Assembly (NCBI GenBank): GCA_904501625.1
Contig: CAJGBR010000001.1
Coordinates: 2,589-66,588 of the forward strand
DNA from: an uncultured Rikenellaceae bacterium
Lineage (GTDB): Bacteria > Bacteroidota > Bacteroidia > Bacteroidales > Rikenellaceae
Direction: 5' to 3'
Length of the DNA: 64,000 nt
Below the pieces are notes generated by a model. That model searched no databases and was not told the origin of the DNA. It saw only the letters and a list, made by a program, of their open reading frames with translations. Below, in pieces: positions 8,975-18,503 of the stretch (its first letter is position 1; every line of letters begins with the position of its first letter). Position numbers and translations under genes: made by a program.

Positions 8975-9784
8975 TTATTTGCTACACACTACCTGATTTT
9001 CGTATTTCAGGTTTATAACTTTATACTTGTTCCAACTATCGTAACCGAGTCCTTCAGTATAAAATTTATTTAATTTTTCAAGTTTCTGTTCATATCTATC
9101 AACACCGCCCAACAACACAATATGATTACCCACTCGTGGCACCAATTCCACTTCGCTATTTTTCACGACATTAATCTGAACAAACATTAATTTAAGGTCA
9201 GAATTTCCCTCTAAGAATCTCACAAAATTAATGAGTTTGTACAAGAACTCGTAATTTTCAGCAAACTTTTTTTCAACATTTTCGTTCTCTGTGGAATTAT
9301 AGATTTTGCCGTATGCTGGGAGCCGCAAATCGCCCGTAACAATTGGGACATCGACCGAATAGCGAGATTGCGTCGGAATCAGCCATCCATCATCTGTCAG
9401 ATAGCAACTATGGCCCGAATTGGTTTCGAATCTAATCATTGGTCTACGCTGAGTCAATTCGACACACAATTGTCCCGACACATTTTTATAGACCGAAGCA
9501 TTGCTGACATACGAATGTGACATCACCATATCTCTGATTTCGAGGGTGTTTATCTGACTCAGAGGTTTCCCCACCACAGTCATTGCTCTCTCTTTGAACC
9601 AATTATGTACCATTGTCTCAGTGATAAAACCGGCACGTTCCGAGTCGGCAATAACCACCTTCAACTCCTTACAGACAATATCGTTCTCTGAGTTCTTACC
9701 AACGCTTCTGCCTGCAAAGAACAGATACATTGCGATGATCAGTAACACCAAACTGCGTATTACTATTTTCAAAAATCGTTTCAT
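8975..9784 (-). CDS. ftsQ: Cell division protein FtsQ (POTRA domain)
   Basis: Single N-terminal transmembrane segment, about 270 aa, between murC and ftsA. The sequence is weakly conserved, so the call rests largely on position. Confidence 0.7.
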   Translation of the reverse strand: MKRFLKIVIRSLVLLIIAMYLFFAGRSVGKNSENDIVCKELKVVIADSERAGFITETMVHNWFKERAMTVVGKPLSQINTLEIRDMVMSHSYVSNASVYKNVSGQLCVELTQRRPMIRFETNSGHSCYLTDDGWLIPTQSRYSVDVPIVTGDLRLPAYGKIYNSTENENVEKKFAENYEFLYKLINFVRFLEGNSDLKLMFVQINVVKNSEVELVPRVGNHIVLLGGVDRYEQKLEKLNKFYTEGLGYDSWNKYKVINLKYENQVVCSK

Positions 9785-11163
9785 TTATTACGAATAACAT
9801 TATTAACCGATTCGCATAACAATTCGATATCACCGGCTCCGAATGTACCGACAACATCTGTCTTCAACGCTGTCAGCACGTCGGCTAACTCTCTCTTTTC
9901 CACCAGATATTTTTCGACACAGACATCATCAAAAATCAATTTCGACGAGACACCCTCAATCGGCTTCTCGCGTGCGGGATATATCGGTAGCAGAATCACT
10001 CGGTCTGCCTGAGACAAAGATTCAGCAAACTCGTGCGAGAAATCTTTTGTTCGGGTATATAGGTGCGGCTGAAATATCGCAGTCAAATGACGAGTCGGAT
10101 AGATCTTACGCACCGACGATATAGCTGCTGACAACTCTCTCGGATGATGTGCATAATCATCAAAATAGACACGATCTTCGCTTTTGACATAGAAATCCAT
10201 TCTGCGTTTGACACCACTGAATGAGGACATTGCCTCACGCAATTTTTCATCATCGACTTCTCCTGCACACCACAGAGCAGCTGCTGCGGCTACACAATTT
10301 TCGACATTAACCCAGCCCGGCACTCCAAGATGACAATTCTCAATCTTTCGATCAGGCACAACCAACGTGAACCAATAATCTCCACAACCATCTACTCTAA
10401 CATCTTCCACGCAGAAATCAGCTACTGCATCTATCGAGTAGGTATATTTTCTCAGACCATTAGGAATTTTCAACTCGACGCCGAGTTTTATCACCAATGT
10501 ACCACCCTCTTTAATTTGTGATATAAATTGTTCAAAGGCTTCTTGGACAGCCTCAGCCGTCCCATATATGTCCAAATGATCGGGATCTACCGAAGTCACC
10601 ACAGCCACATCTGGATACAATTGCAAGAACGAACGGTCAAACTCATCAGCTTCAACTGCAAGGCGACGCCCCTCTCCGCACACAAGATTACTGCCAAAAT
10701 TTTTGGATATCCCCCCGAGAAAAGCATTGCCTCCACCTGTGACCACACGATTGAAATGGGCAATCATCGAAGAGGTTGTTGTCTTTCCGTGAGTACCTGC
10801 TACAGCCATAACATATTTACCAACTGCGACTTCACCCAAAAAACGAGAACGCTTGACTATAGTAAAACCATTTTTATCAAACCACTGAAGTTCTGACATA
10901 TCACTCGGAACTGCCGGCGTATAAACGACCAAAGTCCGATCCCTATCGATTTTGAATCTTTCAGGAATTAACTCTACCGAGTCATCATAGTGAACATCAA
11001 TATTTTCGCTAGCAAGACTTCTCGTAATTGCACTCTCAACCCTATCATAACCGGCAACATCAACACCCGTTAGATTACACCAGCGGGCCAGGGCACTCAT
11101 ACCGATTCCGCCAATTCCAATAAAATATGCTCTATCAAACCACATAGCCACCCTATCAATCAT
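9781..11163 (-). CDS. murC: UDP-N-acetylmuramate--L-alanine ligase
   Basis: FIGIGGIGMSALA, the Mur ligase P-loop AGTHGKTTTSSM, and DDYAHHP. Its stop overlaps the ftsQ start (ATGA). Confidence 0.95.
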   Translation of the reverse strand: MIDRVAMWFDRAYFIGIGGIGMSALARWCNLTGVDVAGYDRVESAITRSLASENIDVHYDDSVELIPERFKIDRDRTLVVYTPAVPSDMSELQWFDKNGFTIVKRSRFLGEVAVGKYVMAVAGTHGKTTTSSMIAHFNRVVTGGGNAFLGGISKNFGSNLVCGEGRRLAVEADEFDRSFLQLYPDVAVVTSVDPDHLDIYGTAEAVQEAFEQFISQIKEGGTLVIKLGVELKIPNGLRKYTYSIDAVADFCVEDVRVDGCGDYWFTLVVPDRKIENCHLGVPGWVNVENCVAAAAALWCAGEVDDEKLREAMSSFSGVKRRMDFYVKSEDRVYFDDYAHHPRELSAAISSVRKIYPTRHLTAIFQPHLYTRTKDFSHEFAESLSQADRVILLPIYPAREKPIEGVSSKLIFDDVCVEKYLVEKRELADVLTALKTDVVGTFGAGDIELLCESVNNVIRNK

Positions 11164-11980
11164 TCAACTGACTATCCAGCGGGAATCTCACACCCGAATA
11201 TTCATCGAGAGTAACTTTCATCACTCCACCCTTAATCGGAAAATCCATTGCCAACGGTATGCGATTCTTATCATCACTATACCAGATATCAAACTTTATA
11301 ATTTCCACCCCCTTGCTGGTATTATTAGCAAACTCGCAAGTAAACTTCATTGCTCGAAATTTACCACCTGCCACCTTTTTATTTTCATAACCTGCAAATA
11401 CATACTTAATCGTATAGACCGTATCCATCATTACGACCTGAGCTTCTCCTGTCCACCCCTCTTCCAACTCTGGGTCGATCTTTACAGAACGAATATTATA
11501 GAATATTGACATTCCATCCATACTCTGTGGAGTCAGATTCAGGGTCAATTCCTGGCGACGGTCACGACCTATGTTATGAGATTTGTTGTGCGACATAAGG
11601 TTTGCCCAATCGTAATCATAACTGCTGCGATATCTGTAGGAGTTCTCCTTCAGGTAGTTCTCAAACCTCAACGGCAATAATGTATTTTGATCAAGCCAAA
11701 CCGTATATGTATCATCAAGATTAAGAAACCATTTAAAGATTGAAGTCGTACGAGCATTTGCCGAGAGTTTATATGTAGGTTGATTGTTATAAACCTCTGG
11801 TATCACATTGAATACGACCTTTGCCACGGTAGCTCCGATGATAAATGACGAATAACCAACTTTATAGATTAATTTTTCATTCTGACCGAATGCACGATTT
11901 TCCACATCAATCGCATCAAGTCGCTGAGCATAGCCACCCAAAAACAGCAAAGAAAATATTATCGACAATAATTTTTTCAT
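11156..11980 (-). CDS. DUF3108 domain-containing protein (secreted)
   Basis: Signal peptide. The pattern GEKLIYKVGY..., ...IWYSDDKNRIPL...G.V...L matches my recollection of DUF3108. Overlaps the murC start by 8 nt. Confidence 0.55.
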   Translation of the reverse strand: MKKLLSIIFSLLFLGGYAQRLDAIDVENRAFGQNEKLIYKVGYSSFIIGATVAKVVFNVIPEVYNNQPTYKLSANARTTSIFKWFLNLDDTYTVWLDQNTLLPLRFENYLKENSYRYRSSYDYDWANLMSHNKSHNIGRDRRQELTLNLTPQSMDGMSIFYNIRSVKIDPELEEGWTGEAQVVMMDTVYTIKYVFAGYENKKVAGGKFRAMKFTCEFANNTSKGVEIIKFDIWYSDDKNRIPLAMDFPIKGGVMKVTLDEYSGVRFPLDSQLND

Positions 11981-12009
11981 AGATTCAACGCATATTTATT
12001 ATTAATTTG

Positions 12010-12017
12010 CAAAAATA
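12010..12017 (-). promoter_or_regulatory. -7 box (TATTTTTG on the minus strand) upstream of the DUF3108-murC-ftsQAZ genes
   Basis: Plus-strand CAAAAATA, 30 nt upstream of the ATG at 11980. Confidence 0.45.
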
Positions 12018-12078
12018 CGTTTTTTCTATCAAAATTTCAATAACAAAAATTGGTCAGTTTTAACATTATTCTGACAAT

Positions 12079-14196
12079 TTAGGATATCATACTGAAATCG
12101 GCACTATGAGCCACAGAATATTTTCGTTTAAGTTCTGACAATTTTTCATTTTCAGGAGCAGCCAACTCAGGGTCACGTGCCAGAATTTGCTCAGCAACAG
12201 ACCTCGCCAATTCAAGCACCTGACCATCTTTTGCCAATGATGCAATCTTAAATTCAAACGCAAGTCCACTCTGCTGGGTACCCATCAAATCACCCGGACC
12301 TCGTAATTTCAGGTCAAGTTCTGCAATTTCAAAACCATCTGTGGTACGGGTCATTGCTTCGATTCGTTTTCGAGAATCGGACGAAAGACCATCTTTTGTC
12401 ATAAGTATACAATACGATTGCTCTGAGCCTCGTCCGACACGACCTCTCAATTGGTGTAACTGTGCAAGCCCGAATCGTTCAGCACTCTCAATAACCATTA
12501 CCGTCGCATTGGGCACATTCACACCGACCTCGATGACAGAAGTCGCAATCATTATGTTAGTTTCACCCTTCACGAAAAGTCTCATACCATACTCCTTTTC
12601 AGCAGGCTTCATCTTACCGTGCACGACCGATGTAACATATCGCGGAGGCGGAAACTCATCTGCCAGCATCTCTGCTCCATCTTCAAGATTCTTATAATCC
12701 AACTTTTCGGACCCCTTTATCAACGGATAGACTACATAAACCTGACGACCAGAATCTATCTCACTGCGAAGGAAGGCATTAACCTTCATTCTTGCTCCCT
12801 CTGCAAAGTGCAGCGTTTTGACAGGCTTTCTTCCCGGAGGCAACTCGTCAATAACCGAAACACTCAAATCTCCATACAGGGTCATAGCAAGTGTTCTCGG
12901 AATCGGAGTTGCTGTCATAACCAACACGTGTGGAAGATATTCAGCACCCTTACTCCAGAGTCGCGAACGTTGTTCTACTCCGAAACGATGCTGCTCATCA
13001 ATTACCACATAGCCGAGATTCTTATACTGAACAACATCTTCAATCAGTGCGTGAGTACCTATCAGTATATCAATCTGTCCAGCTGCCAAACGAGCCTGAA
13101 TATCTGCCCGATCTCTATTTTTTGTAGACCCGGTCAGCAATTCGACCTTCACATCAACATCGCCCAACTGCTCGCAGATTGACTTGTAATGCTGAGTAGC
13201 AAGAATTTCGGTAGGTGCCATCAATGAACATTGAAAACCATTATCTACCGCTATCAACATTGTCATCAATGCGACCATAGTTTTTCCGCTACCCACATCG
13301 CCCTGTAACAATCTATTCATCTGGCGTCCCGACCCCATATCTGCACGAATTTCACGAATCACGCGTTTCTGGGCCTCCGTCAGAGAAAAGGGCAATCGTC
13401 TCGAATAAAAGCCATTGAATTTTTCCCCAATCTTAGAGAAACAATACCCACGACACACTTTTATACGATGATTCTTCAACGAGAGGATCTGCAACTGAAC
13501 TCCCAACAACTCTTCGAACTTCAACCTCAACCGAGCCCTCTCGAGAGCCTGCTGCGAACGAGGAAAATGAACTTCATACAGAGCCGTCCTTAATGACACT
13601 AATCCCATTTTTTCGATTAACCATTCAGGCAACGTCTCCTCAATCAAATGCTCAACCTGAGGCCACATCAAACATACTAGCTTGTAAATTGCCTTAGTTC
13701 CGAGTCCGTTATCATTCAACCGTTCAGTCGTGGAATAGACTCCCTGTACCGACGAGTCGACCGAACGATCAGGAAGTTTAAAAGGTGATTCCACCTCGGG
13801 GTGCACTATGCTCAGTTTTCCATTGAAGATATTTGCACGTCCGAATGCAATTATTTCATCACCTGGACGCAACTTTTTCTGAATCCAATTAATACCCTTG
13901 AACCATACAAGTTCAGCACGTCCCGAAGGATCACAAACCTCTGCAATAAATCTACGTTTGGCACGTTCGCCTATCAATCGGAAACCCTCAACACGCACAC
14001 GAATCTGCACAAATGTCGCTGTATCCTCGGTAATTTCACCTATCGAGTATATTCTGCTGCGATCGATATATCTAAACGGGAAATAGTACAACAAACCCCT
14101 GACATCTACAATATTCAACTCCTTGGCAAGAAGTTGAGCACGCTTTTCGCCAACACCTTTCAGGAATTTTATATCGCTATCAAGAGTCATCACCAT
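12079..14196 (-). CDS. recG: ATP-dependent DNA helicase RecG
   Basis: Wedge domain plus SF2 helicase motifs (GDVGSGKT, DEQHRFG, MTATPIPRTL, QLRGRVGRG). Confidence 0.96.
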   Translation of the reverse strand: MVMTLDSDIKFLKGVGEKRAQLLAKELNIVDVRGLLYYFPFRYIDRSRIYSIGEITEDTATFVQIRVRVEGFRLIGERAKRRFIAEVCDPSGRAELVWFKGINWIQKKLRPGDEIIAFGRANIFNGKLSIVHPEVESPFKLPDRSVDSSVQGVYSTTERLNDNGLGTKAIYKLVCLMWPQVEHLIEETLPEWLIEKMGLVSLRTALYEVHFPRSQQALERARLRLKFEELLGVQLQILSLKNHRIKVCRGYCFSKIGEKFNGFYSRRLPFSLTEAQKRVIREIRADMGSGRQMNRLLQGDVGSGKTMVALMTMLIAVDNGFQCSLMAPTEILATQHYKSICEQLGDVDVKVELLTGSTKNRDRADIQARLAAGQIDILIGTHALIEDVVQYKNLGYVVIDEQHRFGVEQRSRLWSKGAEYLPHVLVMTATPIPRTLAMTLYGDLSVSVIDELPPGRKPVKTLHFAEGARMKVNAFLRSEIDSGRQVYVVYPLIKGSEKLDYKNLEDGAEMLADEFPPPRYVTSVVHGKMKPAEKEYGMRLFVKGETNIMIATSVIEVGVNVPNATVMVIESAERFGLAQLHQLRGRVGRGSEQSYCILMTKDGLSSDSRKRIEAMTRTTDGFEIAELDLKLRGPGDLMGTQQSGLAFEFKIASLAKDGQVLELARSVAEQILARDPELAAPENEKLSELKRKYSVAHSADFSMIS

Positions 14197-14207
14197 AAAG
14201 ATTTCGA

Positions 14208-14215
14208 CAAAGTTA
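14208..14215 (-). promoter_or_regulatory. Possible -7 box (TAACTTTG on the minus strand) for recG
   Basis: Plus-strand CAAAGTTA, only 12 nt from the ATG at 14196. This implies a very short leader or the use of Met3. Confidence 0.35.
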
Positions 14216-14276
14216 GGAAAATTTTATTAATTTAGCACCGTTAAAAACACATCATCGAATACAAAACAGAATCGTT

Positions 14277-15824
14277 ATGAAACGAGAATCAAATGGACGT
14301 CGCAAAACCTCGACTGCCTGGATTGGCAACCTTCCACTCGGTAGCCGTTTCCCAATCCGCGTACAGTCTATGAATAATACAGACACACTTGACAGTGAAG
14401 CTTCAGCCCGCCAGGCTCAACAGATTGCCGAAGCAGGCGGCGAAATTGTACGATTCACAGCCCAGGGCGTAACTCAGGCACAAAATCTGACCAATATTCG
14501 CACACTGCTTAATCAGGAAGGGTGCCTGATTCCGATGGTTGCAGATATCCATTTCAACCCTGAGGCCGCATTTGAAGCTGCACAACGTGTGGAAAAGGTC
14601 AGAATAAATCCTGGCAATTTTATTGATCCAAGAGCTCATTTCAAAAAAGTTGAATATAGCGACTCCGAGTACGCCGAAGAGTTAAAACGACTCGAAAATC
14701 GTTTCATAAAACTGCTGGACATTTGTCGTGAACATAACACGGCACTTCGAATCGGCGTAAATCACGGTTCGCTGAGTGACCGAATTATGACCCGCTATGG
14801 AGACACCCCGGAAGGAATGGTCGAATCGGCACTTGAGTTTCTACGTGTGTGCAAGAGACAGAATTTCAATAATGTGGTAGTTTCAATGAAGTCAAGTAAC
14901 GTAATCGTAATGGTTACAGCCTACCGATTGCTTGCCGAAGCTATGAGCCAAGAGGATATGTACTATCCGCTACACTTAGGAGTAACCGAAGCTGGCGACG
15001 GACGTCAAGGTAGAGTTAAATCGGCAGTGGGAATCGGGACTCTCCTGGCAGAAGGTTTAGGTGACACAATTCGAGTTTCGTTGACTGAGGCTCCCGAGGC
15101 AGAGATTCCCGTAGGTCGCATTCTAGCTGATTACATCGAGACAAAGGACCGCAAGCCAAGAACTGCTACCATCAAATATAAAAGCACAGCGTGTGGCAAT
15201 GTCGGCGGAGATAATATACCTGTGTTAATGGGAGTCGATCTACAACCTAACGACCTCAGATTGATAAATGGCGAAATTCTTATTTGCGAATCCGACTCAC
15301 CGAAGACATTTATCGAAGAATCAAGAATGAGTGGCGATACTCGCCCTATAATCCTAAAAATCAACTACTACGAAGATTCACTCGATCAATTGCAGATTAA
15401 AGCCTCTGTAGACTTGGGCAGCATACTGCTTGATGGTTATGCAGACGGCATTTGGATTGAAAATCACGGCAATATTCCACAAGAGGAGATACTGTTGCTT
15501 GGATTGGAGATACTACAAACCGTTCGACGCAGATTTTCACATATAGAATATATTGCTTGTCCTGGCTGCGGACGAACACTGTTCGATCTGCAACAGACCT
15601 TGGCAAAAGTTAAAGAAGCAACTGCACACTTAAACGGTTTGAAACTCGCAGTTATGGGTTGCATTGTCAATGGTCCCGGAGAGATGGCCGATGCCGATTT
15701 CGGATATGTCGGAGCAGCTCCAGGTAAAATCACACTCTACAAAGGCACTCAAATCATAGAACGCAATATACCTCAAGATGAGGCCGTAGAACGACTGCTC
15801 AAACTGATTGCCGAAAATTCTTAA
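14277..15824 (+). CDS. ispG: 4-hydroxy-3-methylbut-2-en-1-yl diphosphate synthase (IspG/GcpE), long form with insert domain
   Basis: VQSMNNTDT, RINPGN, GVNHGSL. The C-terminal 4Fe-4S motifs are ACPGCGRT ... GCIVNGPGE. About 150 aa are inserted between the TIM-barrel and cluster domains. Confidence 0.93.
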   Translation: MKRESNGRRKTSTAWIGNLPLGSRFPIRVQSMNNTDTLDSEASARQAQQIAEAGGEIVRFTAQGVTQAQNLTNIRTLLNQEGCLIPMVADIHFNPEAAFEAAQRVEKVRINPGNFIDPRAHFKKVEYSDSEYAEELKRLENRFIKLLDICREHNTALRIGVNHGSLSDRIMTRYGDTPEGMVESALEFLRVCKRQNFNNVVVSMKSSNVIVMVTAYRLLAEAMSQEDMYYPLHLGVTEAGDGRQGRVKSAVGIGTLLAEGLGDTIRVSLTEAPEAEIPVGRILADYIETKDRKPRTATIKYKSTACGNVGGDNIPVLMGVDLQPNDLRLINGEILICESDSPKTFIEESRMSGDTRPIILKINYYEDSLDQLQIKASVDLGSILLDGYADGIWIENHGNIPQEEILLLGLEILQTVRRRFSHIEYIACPGCGRTLFDLQQTLAKVKEATAHLNGLKLAVMGCIVNGPGEMADADFGYVGAAPGKITLYKGTQIIERNIPQDEAVERLLKLIAENS

Positions 15825-15846
15825 TCTGCCCTCGACATAACAATGG

Positions 15847-15886
15847 AGTGAATTTTGTATAATCTATACAGAATTCACTTTTTTTG
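15847..15886 (+). terminator. Rho-independent terminator after ispG
   Basis: AGTGAATTTTGTATA (15847-15861) pairs with TATACAGAATTCACT (15865-15879) with one mismatch, followed by T7. Confidence 0.8.
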
Positions 15887-15900
15887 TGCAGAGGTATCAG

Positions 15901-17562
15901 ATGAAAACTTATGGATTTTATGTATCAATGCTAAAGCTCCGACGAATGTTTGGAGTCATAATCGTACTGATTCGCAACGGTATTATCGAGTTTTTTTCAC
16001 GCACTGCAATTGGTCGACAACTATCCAGACGAGCATTAAATCACAAAAAATCACCTCCTGCATACGCCTACAGCACTGCCGAACGCGTAAGAATTATCAT
16101 CGAAGAACTCGGACCAACATACATAAAATTCGGACAAATACTCGCCGAACGTTCCGACATCATCTCCGAAAAATTCCGCTTGCAACTTAGACTGCTTCAA
16201 TCTCAAGCTCAACCATTCAACGACTCTGATGCCCGCAACATTATCTCCGACGAACTACATCTGCCTCTCGACAAAATATTCTCTTCATTGTCAGAGCATT
16301 GCGTAGCTGCTGCCTCATTGGGACAGGTCTATCACGCCGTACTACGAGAAGACAATAGTCAAGTTATTGTCAAAGTCCAGCGACCGAACATCGAACACAA
16401 AATCCGAACCGACCTGTATATGATGCGACACATTGCCCGCAATCTGACCAATCGTTATCCCGAAATGAGAGCTATAAATCTGCCTGCACTCGTAGAAGAA
16501 TTTGCAGAAGGTATAATGATGGAACTCGATTACCGCAATGAAGCTAGGCATACACAACGCTTCAGAGAGATGTTCAACAAAGATGAAAATGTCTATATCC
16601 CCAAGATATACCACTCATATACGACACGAAGACTTTTGATTTACGAACGCATCACAGGCATTACGCCCAATTGTGCCAAATCGTTAACAGATGCCTCTCT
16701 CGACCCCAAAATTGTTGCTACAAATGGTGCCAAGGCTATGATTAAAATGATGTTCGAACACGGATTCTTCCACGCAGACCCCCACCCTGGAAACCTGTTT
16801 GTACTGGAAAACAACGTAGTGGCATTCGTTGATTTCGGAATGGTCGGAACTCTCAGACCTCAAGACATTGAATTTCTGGCTACATTCTCACTCGGATATG
16901 CGACAAAAGACAGCCGAATGTTGGCCAATTCACTGATGAAATTATGCGGAATAAAATACTTTGACCGAATGGACGAACTCGAATTCGACCTGAACCAACT
17001 GATGCTGAATACAGGCGATATGACTATTGCCCAGATGGATATTGCCAAAAACATTCAAACCGCCATCAATACAATGGTTAAATATAACTTTCATATTCCC
17101 AAAGGAATATTTATGCTGATTAAATCACTGACCACCATTCAGAAAGTTGGCGAACAACTTGACCCCGATATGTCGATTGCTCCATTGATTATCCCCCACG
17201 CCAAGCAGATTCTAAACCGAAAATTCTCATTCAAAAAGATTTCATCACTAATCTACGACACGGCAATCGATTACGCGAAGGTAATCCGCGAACTACCCCA
17301 AGACATCAGCGAGATAATGTACAAACTAAAAGAGGGAAAAATTCGCCACGAGATATACCTTGACGATCAAACAACCCTATTCAGAACTCTCCGTCAGATT
17401 AGTTTAAGAATTGCCTATGTACTATTGTTAATCGGGTTATTCATCGGTTCGGCATTGCTTATTTCTGACACCGACGAAAAATCGTTTGGGAAATTCATTC
17501 TATACTTCAGTTCTGCACTTATGGTTACACTGCTGATAAAATGGATTTTTAAACATCGATAA
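15901..17562 (+). CDS. ABC1/UbiB family kinase-like protein
   Basis: LGPTYIKFGQILAERSD, ASLGQVY, VKVQRP, HADPHPGNL, and C-terminal transmembrane segments. The start is uncertain (GTG 15886, ATG 15901 or ATG 15928). Confidence 0.85.
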   Translation: MKTYGFYVSMLKLRRMFGVIIVLIRNGIIEFFSRTAIGRQLSRRALNHKKSPPAYAYSTAERVRIIIEELGPTYIKFGQILAERSDIISEKFRLQLRLLQSQAQPFNDSDARNIISDELHLPLDKIFSSLSEHCVAAASLGQVYHAVLREDNSQVIVKVQRPNIEHKIRTDLYMMRHIARNLTNRYPEMRAINLPALVEEFAEGIMMELDYRNEARHTQRFREMFNKDENVYIPKIYHSYTTRRLLIYERITGITPNCAKSLTDASLDPKIVATNGAKAMIKMMFEHGFFHADPHPGNLFVLENNVVAFVDFGMVGTLRPQDIEFLATFSLGYATKDSRMLANSLMKLCGIKYFDRMDELEFDLNQLMLNTGDMTIAQMDIAKNIQTAINTMVKYNFHIPKGIFMLIKSLTTIQKVGEQLDPDMSIAPLIIPHAKQILNRKFSFKKISSLIYDTAIDYAKVIRELPQDISEIMYKLKEGKIRHEIYLDDQTTLFRTLRQISLRIAYVLLLIGLFIGSALLISDTDEKSFGKFILYFSSALMVTLLIKWIFKHR

Positions 17563-17586
17563 CTTATCTGGACATATATTTAGAGA

Positions 17587-18204
17587 CTAAACAGTGTTAA
17601 TTGTTCTCTGAAGCAGTTCAAGAAATCGAGCTGCGTGTCCGCCATCCATCTGAACGTGATGAAATTGGAATGAAATCGGCAAAGTAATTTTCAGCCATCT
17701 CTTTCTATATTTTCCCCACAGTAGCATTGGATTGGAGAATAAATTTGTGTATTGGTTTACGATACAATCAAGTTCTGTTGCCACAACTGACGATGTACCT
17801 ACAATCATATGATTCTCATTGAATATGCTTTCACAAGAGACCTTCACCGATTGTGTCATACTGAGATAATCGGCATTAAACCGTCCTAAATTATCCACAA
17901 ATGGTATATCACAGGAACTTATACCACCTTTATTGTTATTTACTATTACATTGACCGCAATGCTGTCATACCTATACAACTTGCCATTTTCCGGAATCGT
18001 ATAAAATTCTTTCACCTGACTTGCAGCTTTGCCGATGCACCAACAGAGAAGCATATTTAATTTCAATCCTCTCTTTTTCCCGACACGATATATATGCGTG
18101 ACATCAAAGGTCTTGGTAAGTGTTACCATTGGCATTGGTGAAGTCATCCATAAATTAAATGCCGTTTCTCGACCACTATCTATTGGATTGATTTCCTGTT
18201 TCAT
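17587..18204 (-). CDS. Type A chloramphenicol acetyltransferase (CatA-like) family O-acetyltransferase
   Basis: 205 aa. The C-terminal LPISFQFHHVQMDGGHAARFLELLQ aligns with the CAT active-site region [20 protein letters not shown], as I recall CAT-I. Substrate is unknown. Confidence 0.7.
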   Translation of the reverse strand: MKQEINPIDSGRETAFNLWMTSPMPMVTLTKTFDVTHIYRVGKKRGLKLNMLLCWCIGKAASQVKEFYTIPENGKLYRYDSIAVNVIVNNNKGGISSCDIPFVDNLGRFNADYLSMTQSVKVSCESIFNENHMIVGTSSVVATELDCIVNQYTNLFSNPMLLWGKYRKRWLKITLPISFQFHHVQMDGGHAARFLELLQRTINTV

Positions 18205-18312
18205 ACATCAATTGTTCAAATTTTGTCTGGGATTATTTTTCTAAGTTAAGCCAACCTGCTATGCTCGTGCATATTCATCTGTCACTTCAATGCCCCACCA
18301 CTTGCTATGACC

Positions 18313-18329
18313 GTCCCCCCGTCCCCCCC
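18313..18329. repeat. Tandem homopolymeric tract GT-C6-GT-C7
   Basis: GTCCCCCCGTCCCCCCC read directly. It lies between the start of the CAT-like gene and the tRNA-His terminator. Confidence 0.9.
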
Positions 18330-18338
18330 TTCAAAGAC

Positions 18339-18375
18339 AAAAAAAGCGATTGTGTTTGTTACAATCGCTTTTTCC
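18339..18375 (-). terminator. Rho-independent terminator after tRNA-His
   Basis: AGCGATTGT (18345-18353) pairs with ACAATCGCT (18361-18369), followed on the minus strand by T7. Confidence 0.8.
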
Positions 18376-18378
18376 TTC

Positions 18379-18456
18379 TGGGGTGGGAGGTCGGGGTCGA
18401 ACCGACTACCTTCTGAACCACAATCAGACGCTCTAACCAGATGAGCTACGCCCACC
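18379..18456 (-). tRNA. tRNA-His (anticodon GTG), with encoded G-1 and CCA
   Basis: Manual cloverleaf: G-1, acceptor GTGGGCG/CTCCCAC (one C-T mismatch), D arm GCTC/GAGC, anticodon arm TCTGA-TTGTGGT-TCAGA, T arm GTCGG-TTCGACC-CCGAC, discriminator C, CCA. Confidence 0.93.
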
Positions 18457-18472
18457 ATTTTTTTTGACGTTG

Positions 18473-18503
18473 CAAAGATATATCATTTTTTTTATTCTAC
18501 AAA
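18473..18503 (-). promoter_or_regulatory. Bacteroidetes promoter for tRNA-His
   Basis: On the minus strand: TTTG (18503-18500), 19 nt spacer, TATCTTTG (18480-18473), 17 nt upstream of the tRNA 5' end. Confidence 0.7.

Noticed and set aside
17563-18460. Possible genomic islet integrated at tRNA-His carrying the CAT-like gene.
   Set aside because: There is no integrase or recombinase, no direct repeat of the tRNA-His 3' end that I could find, and only one gene. The evidence is insufficient to call a mobile element.
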